Shown: positions 27,545 through 36,058 of the stretch, piece after piece
Layout: each line of letters opens with the position of its first letter
Position numbering within the stretch: position 1 is the first letter of the stretch
Assembly: GCA_023474425.1 (NCBI GenBank)
Contig: JAMCXX010000003.1
Span: forward strand, 21,712-85,711
Reading direction: 5' to 3'
Source: Patescibacteria group bacterium
GTDB taxonomy: Bacteria; Patescibacteriota; WWE3; JAMCXX01
DNA: 64,000 nt
Position numbers and translations under genes: made by a program
Notes under the pieces: generated by a model
Databases searched by the model: none
What the model was told of the DNA's origin: nothing
What the model saw: only the letters and a program-made list of their open reading frames with translations

Positions 27545-27580
27545 TTGCAGTGGTATAATACTAAGAGAGGGAGAGCTTTT

Positions 27581-30130
27581 ATGATAGTTGCCCTTATTTT
27601 AGTTGTTCTTGTTGTCTCCGTTTGGCTGGCCGTCCGCGGTTATAAAAAGCCGTCGGGTTTCGGCAGTTCTTTTGAAAACATCGTTCTGCGTATTCGGGTG
27701 CCTAAAGAAAATGAAAAAGACGCCCTGGCCGCCGAGCAGATGTTTTCTTCGTTGCACGGACTTTTGCGGCTCACGCCGGAGTTCCAGGAGCACATCGGTT
27801 TTGAAATTACGGCGAGCAGCGCCGGCATTAACTTTTTTGCCGTCTGTCCCAAAGGGTTAAAAGATTTTGTGGAGAGCCAGGTTTATGCCCAGTACCCGAA
27901 CGCCGAGCTTACCGAAGTGCCTGACTACACAGTGGCAGGCGAGGATGCCGAGGCCGGGGTTTTCGCCCACAGCCTTTTGGTCCTTTCCAAGCCGTCGTTC
28001 TTTCCCATACGCACCTTCAAGGAATTTGAGGTTGACCCGCTCTCGGGCATTACCGGCGCCATTTCTAAGCTCCACGAAAAAGAACAGGTTTGGCTTCAGC
28101 TTTTAATCCGTCCCGTACCAGATGTCTGGCAGCAGGAAGGGCACGATTATGTGAATTTAGTGCGCAGCGGCGCAAGGGCGGTTAACATTGGCTTAAGCGA
28201 TTTAGGCGGCACCGTTTCCAAAGAGATTAAATCTCTGCCTTACCATTTTTTTAAGGCTATTTTAAGTCCGGGCACGCCGCACCCTCTGCCAGACAAAGCC
28301 GCACCGGTTCGTACCTCCTCCGGTGATGAGCTAGCAATAAAATCAATTGATTTAAAACTTTCTAAGTTGGGATTTGAAACTAATTTGCGGGTTTTAGTTC
28401 GGGGGGAGAGCCGTGAGCAGGCCGAGAACCGCTTGCGCGGCGTTTTGGCATCATTCAAACAATTTTCCACGGCCAATCTTAACAGTTTTATGCCGCTAGC
28501 AGCTGGGGAGGGGCCCAATGTTTTATCCGACTATTCGCGCCGGCTCTTTGACAATGTTAATTCGTACGTTTTGACCACCGAAGAGCTGGCCTCGGTTTTT
28601 CACCTGCCGTCGGTTTCGGTGGAAACGCCGGCCATTGCCTGGACGCCGGCAAAAAGGGCCGAGCCGCCTTCAAATCTGCCCACTCAAAATTGTACTTATT
28701 TGGGCAAGACCACTTTTCGCGAATCAATGATTAAATTCGGAATTAAAAGGGAAGATCGCACGCGCCATTTTTACGTGGTAGGCAAAACCGGTTCGGGCAA
28801 GACCACCGTTTTTAAAAATATGATTATTCAGGATATGCGAAACGGGGAGGGCTTATGCGTTTTGGACCCGCATGGGGATTTGATTGAGGAAATGCTCAAC
28901 TTTGTGCCGGAGCAAAGGCTTTCCGACGTGGTCATTCTTGACCCTTCCGATGTGGACCACCCGACAAGCCTTAACATGTTGGAAATCTCCGAACCGATGC
29001 AAAAGAATCTTATGGCCTCGGGCCTGGTGGACGCCTTTAAAAAACACTTTATTGATTCCTGGGGGCCGCGTCTGGAATATATTTTAAATAACTCTATTTT
29101 GACTTTGCTTGAGGTTCCGCGGACCACCCTCTTGGGCATTACCCGCCTTTTAACCGACGATAATTACCAGAAATATATTGTTTATAAAGTTAAAGACCCG
29201 GTAATTAAGGCTTTTTGGGAGAAGGAATTCCGCGAAATGAAGGGCAATCAAAAACTGATTACCGAAGCCATTGCCCCCATTCAGAACAAGGTCGGCCGGT
29301 TTTTATCGTCCTCAACCATCCGCAACATTGTTGGGCAGGCTAAGTCGACCATTGATCTGGAGGAAATCATGAACAGCGGAAAAATTCTATTTGTGAATCT
29401 GGCCAAGGGCAGAATTGGCGAGGATAACAGCAATCTTTTGGGTTCTCTGATTATTTCCCGGCTTCAATTTACGGCCATGCAGAGGGTCAAAGTACCCGAA
29501 GAAAAGCGCCGCGATTTTTATGTCTATGCCGACGAGTTCCAAAATTTTGCCTCCGGTTCATTTGCCAGTATTCTTTCCGAGGCGCGTAAATACAAACTTT
29601 GTCTTAATTTAACCCACCAGTACACGGCCCAACTGCCCAAACCGATGCTCGAAGCAATTTTTGGCAACGTGGGGACCATGATGGCTTTCGCCCTGGGCGC
29701 GCCCGACGCCAAGGCTCTGGCCCTGGAATTTGCTCCGTTTACGGAAAACGATTTAATTTCCCTGGAACGCCACCACGTTTATGTCAAACTTATGATTGAC
29801 AGCATGACCAGCGCGCCGTTTTCGGCGGTGACTCTGCCCGTACCGTCGGAGCTTTCCACCGGCAACCGCGATAAGGTGGTTGAACTTTCCCGCTCAAAGT
29901 ACGGCGTTGACCGAATGGTTGTGGAAGGGAAAATTAATCAGTGGGTTGAGCGGCAGTTCACGCTAGGACTGGCCAAAGCCGAAGAGATGAGAGAGCCGGG
30001 GAGTCCTTCGGTAGAAATTCCGGAAGATCCCGCGGGTAGTCACTCCACGGACATACCGGAAGGAGGAAATTCGCAAAACAGTCAGAGTCGTCTGGAGAGC
30101 GAAGAAAAAGGAGGTGCTTCTTATGGATAA
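27581..30130 (+). CDS. VirD4/TraD-like (HerA/FtsK superfamily) ATPase with N-terminal membrane anchor
   Basis: GKTGSGKT Walker A, LDPHGDL, YADEFQNF, SEARKY, HQYTAQL. Confidence 0.9.
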   Translation: MIVALILVVLVVSVWLAVRGYKKPSGFGSSFENIVLRIRVPKENEKDALAAEQMFSSLHGLLRLTPEFQEHIGFEITASSAGINFFAVCPKGLKDFVESQVYAQYPNAELTEVPDYTVAGEDAEAGVFAHSLLVLSKPSFFPIRTFKEFEVDPLSGITGAISKLHEKEQVWLQLLIRPVPDVWQQEGHDYVNLVRSGARAVNIGLSDLGGTVSKEIKSLPYHFFKAILSPGTPHPLPDKAAPVRTSSGDELAIKSIDLKLSKLGFETNLRVLVRGESREQAENRLRGVLASFKQFSTANLNSFMPLAAGEGPNVLSDYSRRLFDNVNSYVLTTEELASVFHLPSVSVETPAIAWTPAKRAEPPSNLPTQNCTYLGKTTFRESMIKFGIKREDRTRHFYVVGKTGSGKTTVFKNMIIQDMRNGEGLCVLDPHGDLIEEMLNFVPEQRLSDVVILDPSDVDHPTSLNMLEISEPMQKNLMASGLVDAFKKHFIDSWGPRLEYILNNSILTLLEVPRTTLLGITRLLTDDNYQKYIVYKVKDPVIKAFWEKEFREMKGNQKLITEAIAPIQNKVGRFLSSSTIRNIVGQAKSTIDLEEIMNSGKILFVNLAKGRIGEDNSNLLGSLIISRLQFTAMQRVKVPEEKRRDFYVYADEFQNFASGSFASILSEARKYKLCLNLTHQYTAQLPKPMLEAIFGNVGTMMAFALGAPDAKALALEFAPFTENDLISLERHHVYVKLMIDSMTSAPFSAVTLPVPSELSTGNRDKVVELSRSKYGVDRMVVEGKINQWVERQFTLGLAKAEEMREPGSPSVEIPEDPAGSHSTDIPEGGNSQNSQSRLESEEKGGASYG

Positions 30131-30908
30131 CGATTTAAAGCAAAAGATAAGGCTTATTACCCAATCTCTCGCGGCCGCCCAGGCAAGTTTAGAACTGGCC
30201 CGGGGTTTTCTTGCCGAAATTTCGGGTGAGCCGCTTCTGCCGCCGGCCAAGAAACAAACGGCCGTAAATAAGCCGGTTAATGCCGATTTGCCGGGTGTTA
30301 TAGGCACCTTTGATGGCGAGAATATGGTTGCCGCCGACGGGAAGAAATACGCCGTGCCGGTTAATTACGCCTCCAAAAGCGGTTTGGTTTTTGGCGATAA
30401 ACTCAAAATGACAGAGGCGGAGGGAGGTAAAATCTTTAAACAGATTGAACGAGTCAAACGCCAGCGGGTCTCGGGCATTTTAAGCCGTAAGACGGGTCAG
30501 TGGTTCTTGGCGACTTCCGACGGTTCCCACAAGGTTTTGGAAGTGGCCGTCAACTATTTTAAATACGGCGAGGGCCAGGAGGTTTTCGGGCTTTTGCCGC
30601 GTGAAAATCTTAAAGCGCCGTTTGCCGCTCTGGAACCGCCGTTGACTAAATTCGAAAGCGGGACGGTTAAAGGACAGGCGGCAACGGCGGATACGGTCGA
30701 AGTCAAGAAGGCCGCGGCCGCGGAACCAAAAGTCACAGAGAAAGTTAAGGCGAAAATAAAGCCGGTCCGCAGTGTCAAGACGGAATCGAAAGAGTTGAAG
30801 TCGATGAAAGTTGGGAAGGAACCCGATAACGATTTGGTTAAAACGAAGACGGAGAAAGAAGAGACAAAAACCTCAAGTCCGGCGATTGGTGATGAGGACT
30901 TAAGATAA
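30123..30908 (+). CDS. Conserved hypothetical protein with Lys-rich tail
   Basis: 'GTFDGENM...GKKYAVPVNYASKSGLVFGDKLK....FKQI' motif; SD GGAGG. Confidence 0.7.
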   Translation: MDNDLKQKIRLITQSLAAAQASLELARGFLAEISGEPLLPPAKKQTAVNKPVNADLPGVIGTFDGENMVAADGKKYAVPVNYASKSGLVFGDKLKMTEAEGGKIFKQIERVKRQRVSGILSRKTGQWFLATSDGSHKVLEVAVNYFKYGEGQEVFGLLPRENLKAPFAALEPPLTKFESGTVKGQAATADTVEVKKAAAAEPKVTEKVKAKIKPVRSVKTESKELKSMKVGKEPDNDLVKTKTEKEETKTSSPAIGDEDLR

Positions 30909-31445
30909 TTCTTCTTCGCTATCTCCTTCCAGAACGCGCAGGCCAAAGAGGGGATTGGTTTCTTCTTCGGGGAGATTCTCTTCTTTATCACTTTCGGCAG
31001 CTTCGTCTCCGCCGTCTGCTGGTTGTTCGCCGTCTTCGGCGGAAAATTCGCTGCTGCGAAGAAACGGTTTAAGGTCAAGTCCCATTGGCTCATCGGCAAA
31101 GACGGGCAGCGAGGCTTTAAGCAGGAAAGCTGCCTGCCAGCCCATCTTGTCACGACCTCCTTGTTTGGCTTGTTTGGGGGCTTTAATTAGACTTACAAAA
31201 ATGGCCAAAACTTCGGCCTTTTGCGAAATAACGTATTTTATTTTTTGCGAAAGCCTGGCGTCTGCAACCTCTCCCACCAGAGCCTTACCGCTATATAAAC
31301 GAACCTTACCGTTCTCGGATTTTACCTGAAGCAGGTTGCCCCGCTTAAGGTTTTTGACTTCACGGCTTAAATTCTCGCCCAGAAGAATTAAATTTTTGGT
31401 GCGTCCGGGTTCCTTTATAAAAAGAGAGGTAGAAATATTGGGCAT
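30900..31445 (-). CDS. Hypothetical protein with acidic tail
   Basis: 'LFIKEPGRTK' motif; open frame convergent with the previous gene. Confidence 0.6.
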   Translation of the reverse strand: MPNISTSLFIKEPGRTKNLILLGENLSREVKNLKRGNLLQVKSENGKVRLYSGKALVGEVADARLSQKIKYVISQKAEVLAIFVSLIKAPKQAKQGGRDKMGWQAAFLLKASLPVFADEPMGLDLKPFLRSSEFSAEDGEQPADGGDEAAESDKEENLPEEETNPLFGLRVLEGDSEEELS

Positions 31446-31633
31446 AGGAAAAAGATTAAAATTCGTTACGCCCGCTGTCAAGAGGGATTAAGTCGGTTGT
31501 CAGAAAGCAGTCTTTAGATTTAAAATTAAGCGGGGATTTTTCTTCGTCGGGAGAGACCCGTTCCTTTTCGGGTCTTTCTATATGTGTTAATCTGTAAAGT
31601 AAATCTGCTTGCGCAGGCAGGTCTTATGGTTTT

Positions 31634-32206
31634 ATGAGCGGACATTCCAAATGGGCCAATATTAAAAGAACTAAAGGAGTTAACGACGTTAAACGAGCGC
31701 AGATTTTTACCAAGCTGGCTCGGGCTGTTACTATGGCTGCGCGCAAAGCCGGCGGCGACCCGAACTCCAATCCTTTTTTGCGTAAAGCCGTGGACGACGC
31801 CCGGGCCCAAAACATGCCCAAGGATAACATTGAGCGGGCTATCGCTAAGGGCACTGGTAGTGGAGAGGGAATGCTTTTAGAAGAGCTGACTTTGGAGGGT
31901 TACGGCCCATCCGGCGTGGCCTTTTTAATCGAAGCCGTAACCGATAATCGCAACCGAACCTTAAGTGAGGTGCGCGGCGTTTTTTCCCGCTCGGGCGGCA
32001 ACCTTGGTCAGCCCGGTAGCGCTGCCTACATTTTTGGCGCCGACCCGGCAAACCCTTCATTTACGGTTCCCTTGTCCGACGAAAACGAAGCCCGCAGAGT
32101 TTTAGCCATGTCCGAAGCCCTAGAAGATTTAGACGACGTGCATAAAGTCTTTGCCAATTTTGACATCGAAGAGTCGATTTTAAACAAACTGGCCGGTGAA
32201 AATTAA
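31634..32206 (+). CDS. yebC: YebC/PmpR family protein (short form)
   Basis: MSGHSKWANIK, MPKDNIERAI, EGYGPSG, TDNRNRT, LEDLDDV. Confidence 0.95.
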   Translation: MSGHSKWANIKRTKGVNDVKRAQIFTKLARAVTMAARKAGGDPNSNPFLRKAVDDARAQNMPKDNIERAIAKGTGSGEGMLLEELTLEGYGPSGVAFLIEAVTDNRNRTLSEVRGVFSRSGGNLGQPGSAAYIFGADPANPSFTVPLSDENEARRVLAMSEALEDLDDVHKVFANFDIEESILNKLAGEN

Positions 32207-32965
32207 ATGTCCAAGCGTAACCGTTTCCTTCTCTTTACCATTGTTCTCACTTTTCTTTTGACCTTGGTTCCGATAGCGCCAAAGGTTTGGCAGTTTCCGG
32301 CCGTCATAGCACTTGCCGTAACGGCTGTCTTATTTGCTCTTTTAAATCTATTCGAGTTTTTGGAGGGCATTGAGTTTTTCACGCTTTTAGCCATGGCCGG
32401 TCTTTTGACTCTGGGAATGGGTGCCACCTTACTCCATTTTCCCAACTTTAGTCTCGCATTTAGGATTGTTTTTTACGGTATTTTCTTTGTTCTCTATTAC
32501 ACAACCATTTTATCGATGAATATTTTTAATGTGGCCAACGAGCAGCCGATCCCGCTTTTGCGGGCGGCCTACACGGCGGCTTTTTTGGTCACGGTTTTTT
32601 GCACCCTGCCGCTTTTTACCGTTCTTTACAAATTTTATTGGGGTCTTCTCTGGGACAGTCTAGTAATCTTTGCCGTCGCTTTTATTTTAAGTTTTCAGTC
32701 TCTCTGGACGGTTTTTTTGCCGCGCGAGGAAAATCGGATGGTTTTTGTAAGCTCCCTGATTGTGGCTTTAATTCTTACCGAAACATCTATTGTTTTCTCC
32801 TTTTTTCCTCTGGAAACTTTTTTTCGTTCGCTTACCCTTTCGGCCTTTTTTTATATTTATTTGGGATTTGCCCACCAGCATCTTAAAAAAACTTTGACCC
32901 TACGCAATGTGGCGGAGTATTTTTTAGTGGGAATTCTCGTTGTACTGGGTGTTTTCCTCTACTAG
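32207..32965 (+). CDS. Multi-pass membrane protein
   Basis: About 8 TM; 'NIFNVA...IPLLRAA' motif. Confidence 0.75.
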   Translation: MSKRNRFLLFTIVLTFLLTLVPIAPKVWQFPAVIALAVTAVLFALLNLFEFLEGIEFFTLLAMAGLLTLGMGATLLHFPNFSLAFRIVFYGIFFVLYYTTILSMNIFNVANEQPIPLLRAAYTAAFLVTVFCTLPLFTVLYKFYWGLLWDSLVIFAVAFILSFQSLWTVFLPREENRMVFVSSLIVALILTETSIVFSFFPLETFFRSLTLSAFFYIYLGFAHQHLKKTLTLRNVAEYFLVGILVVLGVFLY

Positions 32966-33177
32966 TTTTTTTCGTTTGAGCATTTTCGTAGTGCGGCCGT
33001 GGAGCATTTTTGTACACCATATTAGGCACTATAGTTTGATATCGGGACGGATTCCATTTATAGTCGTCGCGATACCAAATGTAAAACTCCGGAGTCGCAA
33101 GATTTCGGGGCTTTTTTTGTTTCCCAGATAATTTTAAGGTGTAACTTGCATTATTTTTACATTAAGATTTAAGAGTC

Positions 33178-34143
33178 ATGAACCATCGGCGCCGTAAGTC
33201 TTTTTCAAAAGCCTTTGTTATCTTTTTTATTTTATTGATTTCCTTTCTTATCGTTTGGTCGCGCCAAAAGAGGTTTAATGCAACGAATACTGTTGTGAAT
33301 TCGTCGCCAAAGAACGAATCAGTAGCGGTGCCGCAATCATTAATGTCCTTTCCTTCAAAACCACCTTCGTCCCCGCCGGAGGGCCAATCGTTAGACGAAG
33401 TTATGAATCAGGCTTTAGAGGGCGCCGACGGCACCTATGGTCTTGCTGTTGAAAACCTAAAAACCGGTGAGACTTTCTACCGCAACGAGCATACCGCCTT
33501 TGAGGTCGGTAGCTTGTACAAGCTTTGGGTTATGGCTGTGGTTTATCAAAAGATTGACTCAGGAATTTTAAGCGAAAGCCAGATTTTAAGCCAGGATATC
33601 GCCACTCTCAACCAGGAGTTTTGGATCGATCCCGGATTTGCCGAACAAACCGAGGGCAGTATTAGCGTTTCCGTTGATGATGCGCTAACTCAAATGATTA
33701 CCGTTTCCGCTAACTATCCGGCTTTGCTTTTGTCCGAAAAAATAGGCCTTTCTTCGGTGGCGCAATTTCTTAACGACTACGGCTTTAGGGAGTCGGCCGT
33801 GGGAATTACCGGAGGGCCGCCAACCACGACGGCCGCAGACATCGCCTTATTTTTTAAAAAGTTGTACCGAGGGGAGCTTTCGAGCGAAAGTTCTGGTAGC
33901 AAAATGATTGCCCTTCTTAAAAAAAAAGAACTCAACGACGGCCTGCCAAAGTATCTGCCGGATCCCTCTCAGGTTGCCAATAAAACCGGCGATATAGACC
34001 TATTTATGAATGACGGCGGTATTGTGTACGCGCCCAAGGGCGACTACATTATTGTTATTTTATCACAGACTGATTATCCGACATTGGCCGAAGAAAGAAT
34101 TGCCCAAATTTCCAAAAGTGTTTACGAATATTTTACCGATTAA
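33178..34143 (+). CDS. Serine hydrolase, class A beta-lactamase/PBP-like fold, membrane-anchored
   Basis: SLYK (SxxK), SAN (SxN), KTG motifs. Confidence 0.85.
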   Translation: MNHRRRKSFSKAFVIFFILLISFLIVWSRQKRFNATNTVVNSSPKNESVAVPQSLMSFPSKPPSSPPEGQSLDEVMNQALEGADGTYGLAVENLKTGETFYRNEHTAFEVGSLYKLWVMAVVYQKIDSGILSESQILSQDIATLNQEFWIDPGFAEQTEGSISVSVDDALTQMITVSANYPALLLSEKIGLSSVAQFLNDYGFRESAVGITGGPPTTTAADIALFFKKLYRGELSSESSGSKMIALLKKKELNDGLPKYLPDPSQVANKTGDIDLFMNDGGIVYAPKGDYIIVILSQTDYPTLAEERIAQISKSVYEYFTD

Positions 34144-34660
34144 TTTTTTGATGCTGGAACAGGGAAGAGGGGAGTATGATTAACAAAAAAAAGTTCGATA
34201 CCCCATAACTAATAATATCACCCTGTAGTATAAATTAGATAATTTATCATTTAAACTTTTTGATTGATAACACCGATGTCAAAACTATAAGATCTAATAT
34301 AATACAAAAAGTTAACTATTCATTGATATACCGGGTTTATTAATCTGATTGTGTTTTTGTGGATAACCTTCCAATTGGCGGGTTTTTGGCGTAACAGCGG
34401 CCTTTCCTCGTCTTAAAGATTTAGACCACAAAAAAGGGGCTTCCAGGATGCTTCAGAAATCGTTTTTATGGTTTGGGTGACCGTTTGCCCGTCTAGAGAT
34501 TTTACAATTAGGCCCGATTTATATTTTGGGCGGCGGGCGGGAAAGTTTTTTACTTAAGTGTATTAAAGCTTAACGTAAAGGGTTTTCTACCCGACTGAAG
34601 ATCCTTTTAAAAACTTGGATTTTCAAATAAAGGTCCGGAGTGGCTAAAATTCCCGCAGGC

Positions 34661-34690
34661 TTGACTTCCAGCTTAATAACTTCGTATAAT
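34661..34690 (+). promoter_or_regulatory. Promoter of the Xer recombinase gene
   Basis: TTGACT-N18-TATAAT. Confidence 0.6.
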
Positions 34691-34706
34691 CTACATTGTG
34701 CGAAGT
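34679..34706. other. dif-like tyrosine-recombinase site (11-6-11)
   Basis: ACTTCGTATAA-TCTACA-TTGTGCGAAGT, 32 bp upstream of the xer ATG. Confidence 0.7.
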
Positions 34707-34738
34707 ATGGTAAAATGGGACTGTAACTACTCCCCGCT

Positions 34739-35656
34739 ATGTTTAAGGACTTAATTTTAAAATATTTGGAATATTTGGAATTGGAAAAAAACAAATCGGT
34801 TAAGACGATTGCTAACTACTCTTTTTACTTAAACCGTTTCTTAAATTTCGGACAATTCCAAAAAATTGAAGATGTGACTCCCCTTTCCATTCGCCGGTTT
34901 AAACTTTATTTAAACCGCTACCTAACTCGCGACAAACGCCCCCTAAAAAAGGTAACGATTAATTATCACCTAATTGCTATCCGCAACTTTCTTAAGTACT
35001 GCTTGAGAGTTGAGGACCTACCGGCAATGGCTTCGGATAAAGTGGAACTTTTGGACAAGGACGAGAGGGCAATAAGAACCCTTAACGAAGCCGATCTGGA
35101 ACGGCTTTTAGCTTCGCCGAGTCTTACGTCCAAATTTGGACGGCGGGACCGGGCTATTCTTGAACTTTTATTTTCTTCGGGTCTTAGGGTTTCGGAGTTA
35201 ACCAGCCTTAATCGTGACCAGATTAATCTTAAGACCAGGGAATTTTCAATCCGGGGTAAAGGGGGTTATATTCGCGTCGCTTTTATTTCGGAGAAAGCTG
35301 CCTGGGCCTTAAAGATGTATTTGGCCAAGCGCGACGACGCTTTTCGTCCCTTGTTTATTCGCTACGGCGGAAAAACGGCGGATCCGAGCAGTCTTGGCGA
35401 GGATCTACGCTTGAGTGATAGAAGCGTCGAAAATATAGTTAAAAAGTACTCTACAGTTGCCGGGATTATGAGCAACCCCACACCCCACACCCTCCGCCAT
35501 TCTTTCGCCACCGATTTACTTTCGGCGGGGGCTGATTTGCGTTCGGTACAGGAGCTTTTGGGGCATAAGAACGTGGCCACGACGCAAATTTATACCCATG
35601 TTACCAACCCCCAACTTAAAGCCGTTCACAAGAAGTTTCATCGGGGTAATCGTTAG
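34739..35656 (+). CDS. XerC/XerD-family tyrosine recombinase
   Basis: N-terminal SAM-like domain, SGLRVSEL (R), GKGG (K), TPHTLRHSFAT (HxxR), LGH, TTQIYTH (Y). Confidence 0.95.
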   Translation: MFKDLILKYLEYLELEKNKSVKTIANYSFYLNRFLNFGQFQKIEDVTPLSIRRFKLYLNRYLTRDKRPLKKVTINYHLIAIRNFLKYCLRVEDLPAMASDKVELLDKDERAIRTLNEADLERLLASPSLTSKFGRRDRAILELLFSSGLRVSELTSLNRDQINLKTREFSIRGKGGYIRVAFISEKAAWALKMYLAKRDDAFRPLFIRYGGKTADPSSLGEDLRLSDRSVENIVKKYSTVAGIMSNPTPHTLRHSFATDLLSAGADLRSVQELLGHKNVATTQIYTHVTNPQLKAVHKKFHRGNR

Positions 35657-35666
35657 GGCTTGGTAT

Positions 35667-35930
35667 TTATTCAGGTTGGCCAAAAACAAAAATGGTTCGG
35701 CCGCGACGAGTTCTCTGATTTGTTTTGGGTATACTTCCGCCCGGTCTGCTGCTCTTGGCGGCTTTAAGTCTTTTGGAAACAAGCGAGATAGTTTGCAGAT
35801 GGGCTCCGGTTTTTTGACGAATTTCATTCCAGGTTTTTCCGCTTTTTAAGAATTCAGATACTCTTACCCGACGCTTGAAATCAAGCAACTCTTTTGGCGA
35901 AAAAATCTCCTGCGGAAATTTAATTAACAT
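35667..35930 (-). CDS. TrpR/YerC-like helix-turn-helix protein
   Basis: 'FSPKE...RRVRVSEFLKSGKTWNEIRQKTGAHLQTISLV'. Confidence 0.7.
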   Translation of the reverse strand: MLIKFPQEIFSPKELLDFKRRVRVSEFLKSGKTWNEIRQKTGAHLQTISLVSKRLKAAKSSRPGGSIPKTNQRTRRGRTIFVFGQPE

Positions 35931-36058
35931 ACATTTTTAATATCCTTATTAGAGGAATTATAATCTATTTTTCTAGAGGGTCAAGGTTGGTGGTGTTACA
36001 TCAAAATGGGCTGGTTTTGACCGACGGCAACGATATAATTAAATGAACCGGGAGGAGT

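Noticed and set aside
27581..30130. Conjugative element
   Set aside because: No relaxase, VirB4 or mating-pair genes around it; a solitary ATPase among core genes
33178..34143. Bona fide antibiotic-resistance beta-lactamase
   Set aside because: Only the generic SxxK/SxN/KTG motifs are visible; membrane anchor and divergence fit a PBP-like serine hydrolase equally well
34144..34620. Replication origin (AT-rich gap with TGTGGATAA near 34359)
   Set aside because: Only one clear DnaA box, no dnaA or dnaN nearby, and an adjacent dif-like site points to the terminus instead
34676..34709. Engineered loxP / vector contamination
   Set aside because: Only the left arm matches; the spacer and right arm differ, and the site sits naturally before a chromosomal xer gene
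34739..35656. Integron integrase or prophage integrase
   Set aside because: No evident IntI-specific insertion, no canonical attC array or phage genes adjacent; housekeeping Xer-like context
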